A stretch of DNA of 63,549 nt from Eubacteriales bacterium (GCA_045638385.1 JAZUBI010000128.1:1-63549), one strand, 5' to 3'; shown: positions 48,829-56,680, counted from the stretch's first letter. Program-made: numbers and translations. The notes: generated from the letters alone by a model not told the origin.

Positions 48829-50748
48829 TCACTCAGCTATCGTCGCAGCCGATCGCCATGTATACGGACTTATTGTCTTTACGTCCTTTCCGGCATTACC
48901 TCCGCCGAAGAAATCACCAACGGTGGCAACGCCGATGTAAGTACCGTCCGCATACCAAACGCCGTCCGATCCGCGGCTGACTATCTGCTGATAAACCATG
49001 ATCTCATCGCCGGTCCTTGCATCCTCTATATCCTCGGCGTAATACATATAGATCCTCATCCTGCTTTTCTGATATGCGGGATCGGGATCCACTTCAAATA
49101 TAAAGTGAAGATTCTTCGTCAGCTTTGCGTTCGCATAGGATGCGATCGCGGACATAGTGCCTCCCGATACGCTGTTGACACTGCAATGTAGGATCGGCGC
49201 ATCCTCCTTAGGACGCTTGCCCGACGTCAGGGACGCCATAACCGCGTTGTAGATAACGTTGCTGTTGTTAAGACAGTTGTTACTATCGGAAAGTAACGCC
49301 TCAACAAGTCCAAGAAAATCGCTGTGAGCCTCATCAGAGGGATAGGTCGCCTTTTCCCATCCACCGTAAAGCATCATATCTGATGTAGGGAAATCGGTAT
49401 CAAGGTTCCATCCAACCGTACATTCCTCGTCAGTGTACCAACCGATAAAGGTATATCCGTTTTTAGTAGGAGTCGTAGGTACAGGGATAAGCGTTCCCTC
49501 CTCCACGGTAACAGTGCTGTTGCCGGTACCGTTGTTCGGATTGAAGGTTATCGTATACTTAGGCGGCGCTAATTCCCAGCCTCCGTAGAGGACCGTGTGG
49601 TATTCCACCTTGTTTGCCTCAAAGTTCCATGCCACAGTGCAGGCCTCGTCAGTGTACCATCCGATGAAAATGTAGCCATCCTTAACCGGAACTGAAGGTC
49701 TCGGAATAAATTCGCCTGTCAGAACAACAATAGTCGTGTCAGGCTCGCCGTTGTTCGGCTTGAAAGTAATATCGCAGTCGGGCGGAACGGGTGGAACGTA
49801 AATTTCCCATCCACCGTAAAGCACTGTGTTCGCATTTACCTTGTCAATGTCAAAGTTCCACGGAGCAGTGCAAGCACTGTCCGTATACCAACCGATAAAC
49901 GTGTACCCATCCATGACCGGCGTGGTAGGAGGCGTCAGCAACGAGCCTGCAGTAACTACCGCAGTGTAATTGGCATCACCGTTATTGGGTCTGAAGCTTA
50001 CGCTGTATGACGCAGTAACACTCTTCTCCCAGCCGCCGTAAAGCGTCATGCTGCCGCTCACTCGGTCGATCTCAAAGTTCCATACAGATGTACACGATTC
50101 GTCCGTATACCAACCCGTAAAGGTGTATCCGTACCTTGTCGGAGTCTCGGGTCTCGGAACAAAATCATTCGCGTGAACCTTAAAGGTTTCATCCGACTTG
50201 CCGTTGTTGTATTGCAGAGTAATATCGTATTCATCATTGCCGGGAAGAATCTCCGTACCGGTCTTTTTGATGAAATTAAACTGCAAAACATAATTTTCCG
50301 CAGTAACGTTTTTCGGAACCTTTATCGTGACGTTGCAGGAAAGCGTACCGCCCTTGGATGAAATCTCGTCAAGACGTGTAATTCCGCTCACCTCATACGT
50401 AATATCCGTTCCAGAATAGATGCCATCCAAATTTGCCTCAGAGCCGTCTATTACGCGATCAAAAATATATATCGTATCAGATATATTTACAAAATCGACA
50501 GTAAAGGTCGCATTTCCTTCACCGCTAACGCTGACAAACAATGTCGTTCCGTTTATGTTGCTGACCGCGCATCCCGCACTACTGCCGGGAGTCACGTCGG
50601 TGATGTAAACGTCGGGCATAGAAGGCGGAGTCGCGAGAGCCGAGCCGGAGATTGACAGATTTCCCGTCACCACGGCGTAGCCGATGCAAATAAAGATGCA
50701 CGATGCAAGAATAAATCCGCAAAATGCGATTTTTCTGAAAACCTTCAT
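48829..50748 (-). CDS. Cell-surface protein with four Listeria-Bacteroides (Flg_new-type) repeats and an unknown C-terminal domain
   Basis: Start moved to ATG 50748 (GGGAG RBS). N-terminal signal/anchor, four copies of GY.F.GWYTDE.CT..WNF......LYGGWE, and about 170 aa of unassigned C-terminus. Confidence 0.75.
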   Translation of the reverse strand: MKVFRKIAFCGFILASCIFICIGYAVVTGNLSISGSALATPPSMPDVYITDVTPGSSAGCAVSNINGTTLFVSVSGEGNATFTVDFVNISDTIYIFDRVIDGSEANLDGIYSGTDITYEVSGITRLDEISSKGGTLSCNVTIKVPKNVTAENYVLQFNFIKKTGTEILPGNDEYDITLQYNNGKSDETFKVHANDFVPRPETPTRYGYTFTGWYTDESCTSVWNFEIDRVSGSMTLYGGWEKSVTASYSVSFRPNNGDANYTAVVTAGSLLTPPTTPVMDGYTFIGWYTDSACTAPWNFDIDKVNANTVLYGGWEIYVPPVPPDCDITFKPNNGEPDTTIVVLTGEFIPRPSVPVKDGYIFIGWYTDEACTVAWNFEANKVEYHTVLYGGWELAPPKYTITFNPNNGTGNSTVTVEEGTLIPVPTTPTKNGYTFIGWYTDEECTVGWNLDTDFPTSDMMLYGGWEKATYPSDEAHSDFLGLVEALLSDSNNCLNNSNVIYNAVMASLTSGKRPKEDAPILHCSVNSVSGGTMSAIASYANAKLTKNLHFIFEVDPDPAYQKSRMRIYMYYAEDIEDARTGDEIMVYQQIVSRGSDGVWYADGTYIGVATVGDFFGGGNAGKDVKTISPYTWRSAATIAE

Positions 50749-50872
50749 CGCACCCACTCCCTTCCTTCTCATTTTCGACTTCATTATACACCACAATGAA
50801 AATAATTGCAATATTTTTCGAAAAATTATTTATAACTACAATAAATATAAAAATACTCCAAGACAATCTCCC

Positions 50873-51001
50873 TTCATCACACCGCCCATTGAGTTTGACG
50901 AAAAACTGTGGCACGCCGTGGTCGATAAAGTTACCGTCTACAGCGACGATCGCTTGGTGTATTCGCTGAAAGACGGCAGCGAGATAACGGTTATGCTTTG
51001 A
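50873..51001 (+). pseudogene. C-terminal remnant of a large serine recombinase
   Basis: ...FDEKLWHAVVDKVTVYSDDRLVYSLKDGSEITV resembles the conserved C-terminal tail of clostridial large serine recombinases. There is no upstream catalytic domain. Confidence 0.5.
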
Positions 51002-51063
51002 TGAGAATAGAAAAGTCCCCGAATAGCACCAAGGGCGATGCTGTTCGGGGATTTGCTTATAGT

Positions 51064-51240
51064 TTACGTTTTGTCGTTATCGCGGCTATTCCAATACTCA
51101 TCATTATTGGGATTGCATTGATTGGAATGGTTGTCATTGTTGGCTTGATATGCAGAGTTGTTCGGATTGTTTTGGTTTGCATAGTGATCAAGCTGTGCCT
51201 GAGAGTGGGTATGTCCCGATACTCCGTGACCTTTTTCCAT
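51064..51240 (-). CDS. Unannotated 58-aa Asn/His-rich micro-protein (below the ORF-track cut-off)
   Basis: ATG 51240 lies 8 nt after GGAGG and 15 nt after the NTase stop. Sequence MEKGHGVSGHTHSQAQLDHYANQNNPNNSAYQANNDNHSNQCNPNNDEYWNSRDNDKT, with 14 Asn and two NPNN motifs. Confidence 0.45.
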   Translation of the reverse strand: MEKGHGVSGHTHSQAQLDHYANQNNPNNSAYQANNDNHSNQCNPNNDEYWNSRDNDKT

Positions 51241-51255
51241 AGTGTAGTCCTCCTT

Positions 51256-51888
51256 TCAGATCGTTTTGTAGACCTGATTTACTGCCTCCACATAAACCAC
51301 AAACGATGGGTGATCTCTATCTCCACGGCGGAGGTAGAGATTTTTCAGCTCTTCGTATGTATCTCTGACTTCATTCCACATCCCAAGCTTTTTTAGCTTT
51401 TCAGCTTTTGTCCTTACATTTTTGGATGAAGGTACTTCGCACCAATTGTAAGTTCCGTACCGCTTGTTGTGAATCAATCGGCACAGGTTACCTTGGCTGT
51501 TCTTTCCCAAGATGGCTATATCAAATTTGAATTCAACAGTTGACGTATGGTTGAGGTAGAGATAAGAAGAGACTACGGAGGTAGAATCATGTCCATCGGA
51601 GAACCAAGTTTTACCTACAATCTTGTTGAGTGATGAAATAACCAAGTTTTTGAGTTTGCCCAAGTCATTCCAATATAATTCGGGCATACTGATAATTACG
51701 AGATTATAATCTAAGTCGAAGGGACCTGATCCATCTCGCATTACCATATTTCTCGCTCCGCTGCCCACCAATACAAATTGTGTATTTATCTCATATTTCT
51801 CTAATAACAAATCTCTAAGGTCTGTGAGAATTTCCGAACAGTAGCTGCGGTAAGGTTTGATTTCAGCATCATTAACGAATTCGTACAT
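51256..51888 (-). CDS. Pol-beta-superfamily nucleotidyltransferase (minimal, SMODS/CD-NTase-like spacing)
   Basis: VGSGARN (G-S motif), then GPFDLDYNLVI ([DE]x[DE]), then EFKFDIAIL (third acidic residue). 210 aa with a helical C-terminus. Confidence 0.6.
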   Translation of the reverse strand: MYEFVNDAEIKPYRSYCSEILTDLRDLLLEKYEINTQFVLVGSGARNMVMRDGSGPFDLDYNLVIISMPELYWNDLGKLKNLVISSLNKIVGKTWFSDGHDSTSVVSSYLYLNHTSTVEFKFDIAILGKNSQGNLCRLIHNKRYGTYNWCEVPSSKNVRTKAEKLKKLGMWNEVRDTYEELKNLYLRRGDRDHPSFVVYVEAVNQVYKTI

Positions 51889-51950
51889 AATCTTTTTCTC
51901 CTATTCTTTCCCCTAACCGACCATTTAACTGTGCACCGTTAAATCATATT

Positions 51951-51978
51951 AGTATACTCTTTTTTTGAAAATTGTCAA
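51951..51978 (-). promoter_or_regulatory. Promoter of the NTase/micro-ORF module
   Basis: On the minus strand TTGACA (51973-51978), 16 nt, TATACT (51951-51956). Confidence 0.55.
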
Positions 51979-52209
51979 TAGGTTTTTGAAAAATAATTAT
52001 TTTTTTATTCCTTGAACGATTGAACCCTCAAACGTACAAAATCCGCCGCTTCTGTCTTTATAGGGCAGAGGATGGCGGATTTATCGTTTATAAAAGAAAA
52101 AACACCCTCAAAACCGCCGAAATGAGCGGTTTAAGGGCGAAAATGAGGCATTTTCCGTATATAAAGCAAAATCCCATAGCCGAAATTGTATCGACTATGG
52201 AATCTTTTT

Positions 52210-52263
52210 TGTGTAAGGGCTATAAAAAAGATATTTTTGCCGTTTTGCTTACGGGATTTGAAC
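52210..52263 (-). repeat. Repeat R, copy 1
   Basis: tgtgtaagggctataaaaaagatatttttgccgttttgcttacgggatttgaac. The reverse complement begins GTTCAAATCCC, the tRNA-fMet T-loop core. Confidence 0.85.
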
Positions 52264-52276
52264 TCTCGAACTCAAT

Positions 52277-52438
52277 CACGGCAAAGCCGTGTATATCATC
52301 AATGCGCAGCATTGTATATCACCAAAACGAAGTTTTGCATATCATCAAGCCGCAGAAATACACGCTAATGCGTGATGATATACACCTTCGGTGATGATAT
52401 GCGCCTAACAGCGATGATATACCAAGCCTGCGGCTTGG
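52277..52438. repeat. Motif-hairpin array B (diverged reverse-complement copy of array A)
   Basis: 3x TATCATCA-type and 3x ATGATATA-type motifs interleaved with hairpins cacggc-aaa-gccgtg, atgc-gca-gcat, aaaac-gaa-gtttt, cacgc-taat-gcgtg, cacc-ttc-ggtg and ccaagcc-tgc-ggcttgg. Confidence 0.8.
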
Positions 52439-52483
52439 ATAAACAAAAAGAGAACTTTTGGTAGACAAAAGTTCTCTTTTTGT

Positions 52484-52538
52484 TGTGTAAGGGCTATAAA
52501 AAAGATATTTTTGCCGTTTTGCTTACGGGATTTGAACC
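52484..52538 (-). repeat. Repeat R, copy 2
   Basis: Same 55-bp sequence as R1. Ends 6 nt from the stop of ORF 52545-52943 and is followed on the minus strand by the hairpin at 52446-52481. Confidence 0.85.
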
Positions 52539-52544
52539 TAACGG

Positions 52545-52943
52545 TTAAATCTCTTTAAAGCGTGCTTCTGACATAACGTTTATGTAATTTTCATCATATT
52601 GATGTATTGAGTGAAACACTCCTTCATCAAGACCCGTGATACAGTTCGGCTTGCCTTTTACGACAAAAATTCTTATGCAATCCTTTGCCGGAGAAAGGCT
52701 AATAAGCGGTTCGGAGATTCCATATATTCTACCTACAATACGAGGTAAAACGGGAAACTGCTCCCACTCTATTGTATTGTTTTTGCAATGAATAATGGAA
52801 TATTTATTAGCGCGTTTCCTTGTAAAATAGATCTCGTAGTTTTTATCTTCCAGTGCGAACTTTACAAGTCCGATTTTATCCATAAACCAATCGCTTTTAG
52901 ATTGATCTTTAAATTTCTCATAAGAAGTATAGATTTTACCCAT
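52545..52943 (-). CDS. Hypothetical 132-aa protein
   Basis: Start moved to ATG 52943 (AAGGAG RBS). 8-nt overlap with the upstream four-helix-bundle gene. No recognisable motif. Confidence 0.55.
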   Translation of the reverse strand: MGKIYTSYEKFKDQSKSDWFMDKIGLVKFALEDKNYEIYFTRKRANKYSIIHCKNNTIEWEQFPVLPRIVGRIYGISEPLISLSPAKDCIRIFVVKGKPNCITGLDEGVFHSIHQYDENYINVMSEARFKEI

Positions 52944-53121
52944 TGTTTTTCTCCTTTGCGGTCTTGCAAGATGCAATTAGCATAACACGAATAGAAGCGC
53001 ATTTATCTGACAGAATTTTATATTGCTGACTTTCAATGTAATTTGTTCTGTGTAAAAGCTCAAGCCAATAGCCTGTCTCGCTTGATTCTTTGAGTGCTAT
53101 TTCAAGCTTGGATTCTGCCAT
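52936..53121 (-). CDS. Short four-helix-bundle protein (23S rRNA-IVS / Avd family, C-terminal-half length)
   Basis: 61 aa. SSETGYWLELL...YI...QY..L...C..I..ML matches the C-terminal helices of the PF05635-type family. It has its own promoter and RBS. Confidence 0.5.
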   Translation of the reverse strand: MAESKLEIALKESSETGYWLELLHRTNYIESQQYKILSDKCASIRVMLIASCKTAKEKNNG

Positions 53122-53144
53122 AGTAGCACCTCTCTTTCACCCAT

Positions 53145-53173
53145 ATTATAGCATAAATTTGGGAATTTGTAAA
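53145..53173 (-). promoter_or_regulatory. Promoter of the four-helix-bundle/132-aa module
   Basis: On the minus strand TTTACA (53168-53173), 17 nt, TATAAT (53145-53150). The -35 lies 2 nt from the edge of array C. Confidence 0.6.
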
Positions 53174-53175
53174 GA

Positions 53176-53349
53176 GTGATGTTTGCCCTTATGGGCAAGT
53201 GATGTTGTGCTATCGCACAGTGATGTATTGATGTCTGCGACTCAAAGTGATGTTATGTGTTCCTTCCTCACGCGCCGCAGCGCACATCACAAGGCAAAGC
53301 CGTCATCACGCACGAAGTGCGCATCACGTTCCGCTTGCGGAACACATCG
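53176..53349. repeat. Motif-hairpin array C (4x GTGATGT, centre, 4x (A)CATCAC, interleaved with small hairpins)
   Basis: GTGATGT at 53176, 53199, 53220 and 53247. ACATCAC-type motifs at 53284, 53303, 53321 and a degenerate one at 53344. Hairpins include ttgccc/gggcaa, tgtgc/gcaca, gcgc/gcgc, gcac/gtgc and gttccg/cggaac. Confidence 0.8.
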
Positions 53350-53391
53350 TTCCAAAAACGAAAAAGCAGTCCATAGGACTGCTTTCGTTTT

Positions 53392-53446
53392 TGTGTAAGG
53401 GCTATAAAAAAGATATTTTTGTCGTTTTGCTTACGGGATTTGAACC
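53392..53446 (-). repeat. Repeat R, copy 3
   Basis: Same 55-bp sequence (one G/C difference). Ends 12 nt from the RloB-like stop and is followed on the minus strand by the hairpin at 53358-53392. Confidence 0.85.
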
Positions 53447-53458
53447 TAGCGAATACCA

Positions 53459-54145
53459 TTAAATATATTTGCTTTTAATATCATCAGGGAGATATTTCGC
53501 AAGTTCTTGAACCAACAAATGAACCTTGGTGGCAGGAACAGATTGAGTATCGGTTTTCCCTCTGAAAGCATCTAACTGCCTTTGCGCATACACAATTGCT
53601 TTCTTTGGGTCTCCTTTTTCTGTCATAATTCCAAACAATTCTTCATTGTTTTTTTCGTATCTAGTCCAGCCCAGTTCTTTGAATTTTCTATGTAAGAATT
53701 TTCTATAGTCTTTCCTGTCATTGTCTGATGTATAATTTGCAAAATTTAAGATAAACCAATATTCAATACACTGATTAGACCATGCACAATGATACGTAAC
53801 TTTATTCTGTTGTCCATTTAATATTTCTGCTCTTTGTGATACAGCATTAAAGTCTTGTGTTGGAAAACTATCTTTATCATATACACACCAAATTTGCGCA
53901 CCATTTATATTGTTTTGTTTCACATACTCTTCTGCATAATAAATGACACGTAATGTTTCAGCTCCAACACCTTCAATGTGTATATGAACAAGATTTTTGT
54001 ATATGGGATTGTTTTTTATGGCTTTTTCAAATCCTTTAAAATACAGTGGTTCTGTTTGCTCTCCTTCACAAAACACATATATTCTTTCTAACGGATTTAA
54101 ATGGTCAATTTCTCTTTTCTTTTTTCGATTTTTCGCACTTGCCAT
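53459..54145 (-). CDS. RloB-family protein (AbiLii-like)
   Basis: The N-terminal RIYVFCEGEQTEPLYFKGF matches the RloB signature (..CEGe.TE..YF). The start overlaps the ATPase stop (TAATG). Confidence 0.75.
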   Translation of the reverse strand: MASAKNRKKKREIDHLNPLERIYVFCEGEQTEPLYFKGFEKAIKNNPIYKNLVHIHIEGVGAETLRVIYYAEEYVKQNNINGAQIWCVYDKDSFPTQDFNAVSQRAEILNGQQNKVTYHCAWSNQCIEYWFILNFANYTSDNDRKDYRKFLHRKFKELGWTRYEKNNEELFGIMTEKGDPKKAIVYAQRQLDAFRGKTDTQSVPATKVHLLVQELAKYLPDDIKSKYI

Positions 54146-55362
54146 TAATACTCACCCCAATCTATAAATCTTCTTAAATAGGGGTCTGCACCGTATCTTC
54201 CTTCTAAATAACGTTTATCGTACTTAGCATCCTTTCTTTCTGCTTTTCCATCATCATTCTTGAATTCCACAAGCGAATACAGTTTAGCTGCTTTGTTTTC
54301 CCCTTTAGCTATAAACCATATTTCATCTCTTCTGAATACATCGTTATTCATGGTTGAAAGATCATGTGATGTGAATATTAACTGTGCACCTTTTTGATTA
54401 GATTCTTTGTTGCTGAACAGTTCAATAATATACTTTAACAAAATGGGGTGAATTTTTGCATCTAATTCGTCAATAACCAATGTTCCTCCAGAAAGCAAAG
54501 TACTAGCAATGCGAGGTAATATTCCAAAAATCTTTATTGTTCCATTAGACTCCTCGCTAAGCTCTAATTCGTAACTATTCTTATCAATAGTATGCGTGGT
54601 ATAAACTCTAATATTATCCTCTGTTTCTTCCACTCTATAATCGGATATATCGATATCCATTTCCATTAACATCTTGAGAATTAACGATTTTATTTTACTT
54701 GATTCTGTAACTCCTATTCGAGAATCGGTATCAGGATTACCATAGTTAATAAAGTCAATACTATTTTCCAACCAATTAACGATATCTTTCACGGTAGCAT
54801 TTCTTCCATGCGTAATTCCTAAGAAGGAAAGCAAGGGGAGATTATCGGATATGCCACTACAATTGTACCCTTTAAAAGAATTTTTTAACTCAATAATCGA
54901 ACCTTTTCTAGTAAACATGGTTGAGTAGGAGCTGCTTGAAATAGACTTTTTATACAACTCCTCATTAACTATTTTATCTTTTAGAATCGATATAATATAT
55001 TGATATTCACATTTTTCAGTTCTAAAGAATAATTCAAATTCAGTCGGTTGATTTATTGTATCTTTGGAAAATTTAAATGGTTTTATAAGAGCACCGCCAT
55101 TTCGTTTGGCACACTCCGTATTATCACATCCAACCGCGCATATAGGTTTCATTATTTTGCTACAGATGCTATATAGCGCATTTAAAACAGTAGACTTACC
55201 AGACCCATTGGGTCCATAAATTACTCCAAGTGGTAAAAATTTTTCTCCATCTGAATCCACTATCAAACTTTCATTATGTTCTGTTATATTAGTAGCTTGC
55301 ATATCAAAAGTGATTTCTTCTTTTAAACATTGAAAGTTTTTAACTGAGAATTGGCAAAGCAT
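54145..55362 (-). CDS. AAA/ABC-type ATPase (AAA_15/AAA_21, AbiLi/RloA-like)
   Basis: Start moved to ATG 55362 (GGAGG RBS). FSVKNFQCL...YGPNGSGKST Walker A, LVIDELDAKIHP Walker B and a FTSHD motif. Confidence 0.8.
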   Translation of the reverse strand: MLCQFSVKNFQCLKEEITFDMQATNITEHNESLIVDSDGEKFLPLGVIYGPNGSGKSTVLNALYSICSKIMKPICAVGCDNTECAKRNGGALIKPFKFSKDTINQPTEFELFFRTEKCEYQYIISILKDKIVNEELYKKSISSSSYSTMFTRKGSIIELKNSFKGYNCSGISDNLPLLSFLGITHGRNATVKDIVNWLENSIDFINYGNPDTDSRIGVTESSKIKSLILKMLMEMDIDISDYRVEETEDNIRVYTTHTIDKNSYELELSEESNGTIKIFGILPRIASTLLSGGTLVIDELDAKIHPILLKYIIELFSNKESNQKGAQLIFTSHDLSTMNNDVFRRDEIWFIAKGENKAAKLYSLVEFKNDDGKAERKDAKYDKRYLEGRYGADPYLRRFIDWGEY

Positions 55363-55573
55363 TGCAATTACCTCCAATTTAATAATTGTTTTATGTTATT
55401 ATAACTCAAACCTCGGCTAGTTATTCATGTTTGTGAGATTTTTTCTCACTATCATTATACTATACTTCGAGCTGTTTTGCAAGTGTTTTTTGCAAAAAAA
55501 TATTTATTTACAAATAATCATTATCTGTTCTTATATATTTTCATGATATAATTTTCACAAGGAGGATTGTATC

Positions 55574-55752
55574 ATGAAATCAAAATTTACTCAAGAAAAA
55601 AACAAATGATTTTAGATCGCTACATATCGAAATCCGAGTCGCCTACAAGTATAATCAAATCCGTCGGTATTTCAAAAAGTACCTTTTACAAGTGGCTATC
55701 CCTGCCCAAAACTCACGTTTGTGGCAGGTGGCGTGAATTTTTTGTTCCCTAA
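55574..55752 (+). pseudogene. Frameshifted, truncated IS3-family transposase OrfA (HTH) fragment
   Basis: ATG 55574 after GGAGG gives MKSKFTQEK and then stops. A 1-nt shift in the A7 run restores ...KQMILDRYISKSESPTSIIKSVGISKSTFYKWL. No OrfB/DDE part follows. Confidence 0.5.
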
Positions 55753-56127
55753 GAGGTAATGACCCCCATTTTTCACTAACAGTGAATAGCCACGTTAAAG
55801 AGTTTTTCCTTAACAAACGAATCGTACTGTTCGGGATCCTCATTCCACTGGGATACAAGTGGGTATATCCAGCTTTCATAAATAGGCAGGTTTTTCACAA
55901 CCCACCGTCCGAGTCTTCCGTCCGTCTTCTGAGAGGGCAAAAATAGCCTGAAAAAGAGCAAATTTGATTATCACCGACAAAATCACCGTCCAAAAAGAAA
56001 GGAAAAGACAGGCATAGATCGGCAATAGTACAAAGCTTATGAAAGAGCTTGAAAACTGAAAAACATCAAAAAAAGCCCTAAAAAGGGCAAAAAAAGAGCC
56101 TTGATACCGAAATATCAAGGCTTTTTT

Positions 56128-56167
56128 TGGTTGCGGGGAGAGGCAAACAAGTATCCCTCCGGGTTAT
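56128..56167 (-). repeat. Decayed copy of the tRNA-fMet 3' half
   Basis: The minus strand reads ATAACCCGGAGG...CCCCGCAACCA, so the anticodon-stem 3' strand and acceptor end are conserved while the T-arm has diverged. It lies about 220 bp downstream of the real gene. Confidence 0.7.
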
Positions 56168-56352
56168 CGCTACGCGCCGCCGCAGGCGCATAGTCGTCTT
56201 TTCGCTTCGCAAAGCTCGCTCAAATACTCCTTGCTTTGTGCGGTCTCACTGCGCGAAAATAGCACACCGTGCTGTTTTCGCTTGTTCGCCCAACGAGCTA
56301 CGCTCGTCGGCTATAACCCGAAGGGCAAAAGATACAGATGCGCTTCAGTAAG

Positions 56353-56390
56353 CAAAAAAACAAGGTAGGACGATGTCCTACCTTGTCTTT
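56353..56390 (-). terminator. tRNA-fMet terminator
   Basis: caaggtaggac/gtcctaccttg stem with a T-run on the minus strand. Confidence 0.7.
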
Positions 56391-56469
<79 letters not shown>

Positions 56470-56680
56470 ATATTATGCGCTTTTGAGTATCTCTCATCTG
56501 CGTGCATTATATTATATCACATTTAAACACCCTTGTCAACCCCTTTTATAAAAAAATTCACAAAATCTTTTCTACACCCCTCGACACCGTTCCCTATCCG
56601 CCTCTCGATCCCTTTTATCACATACAAAAAGCAACAGATCCCCCGAAAAAGCGTTCGGGGGATAATTTTATATTTACGTC

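Larger units (their letters stand above)
50873..56390. mobile_element. Composite, decayed genomic island downstream of tRNA-fMet
   Basis: AT-rich block between the tRNA-fMet 3' end and a serine-recombinase remnant. It contains three copies of a 55-bp repeat sharing the tRNA T-loop core, an IS fragment and defence-type cargo. Confidence 0.7.

Noticed and set aside
52020-52394. 124-aa plus-strand ORF (and 52186-52368) across repeat R1 and array B
   Set aside because: It reads through non-coding repeats and hairpins and has no RBS. Equivalent sequence at other copies is not in frame.
55753-56351. Short ORFs at 55655-55879, 55776-55961, 55876-56118 and 56127-56351
   Set aside because: They overlap one another in a region made of IS debris, terminator hairpins and the decayed tRNA-fMet copy. 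None has an RBS or a recognisable motif.
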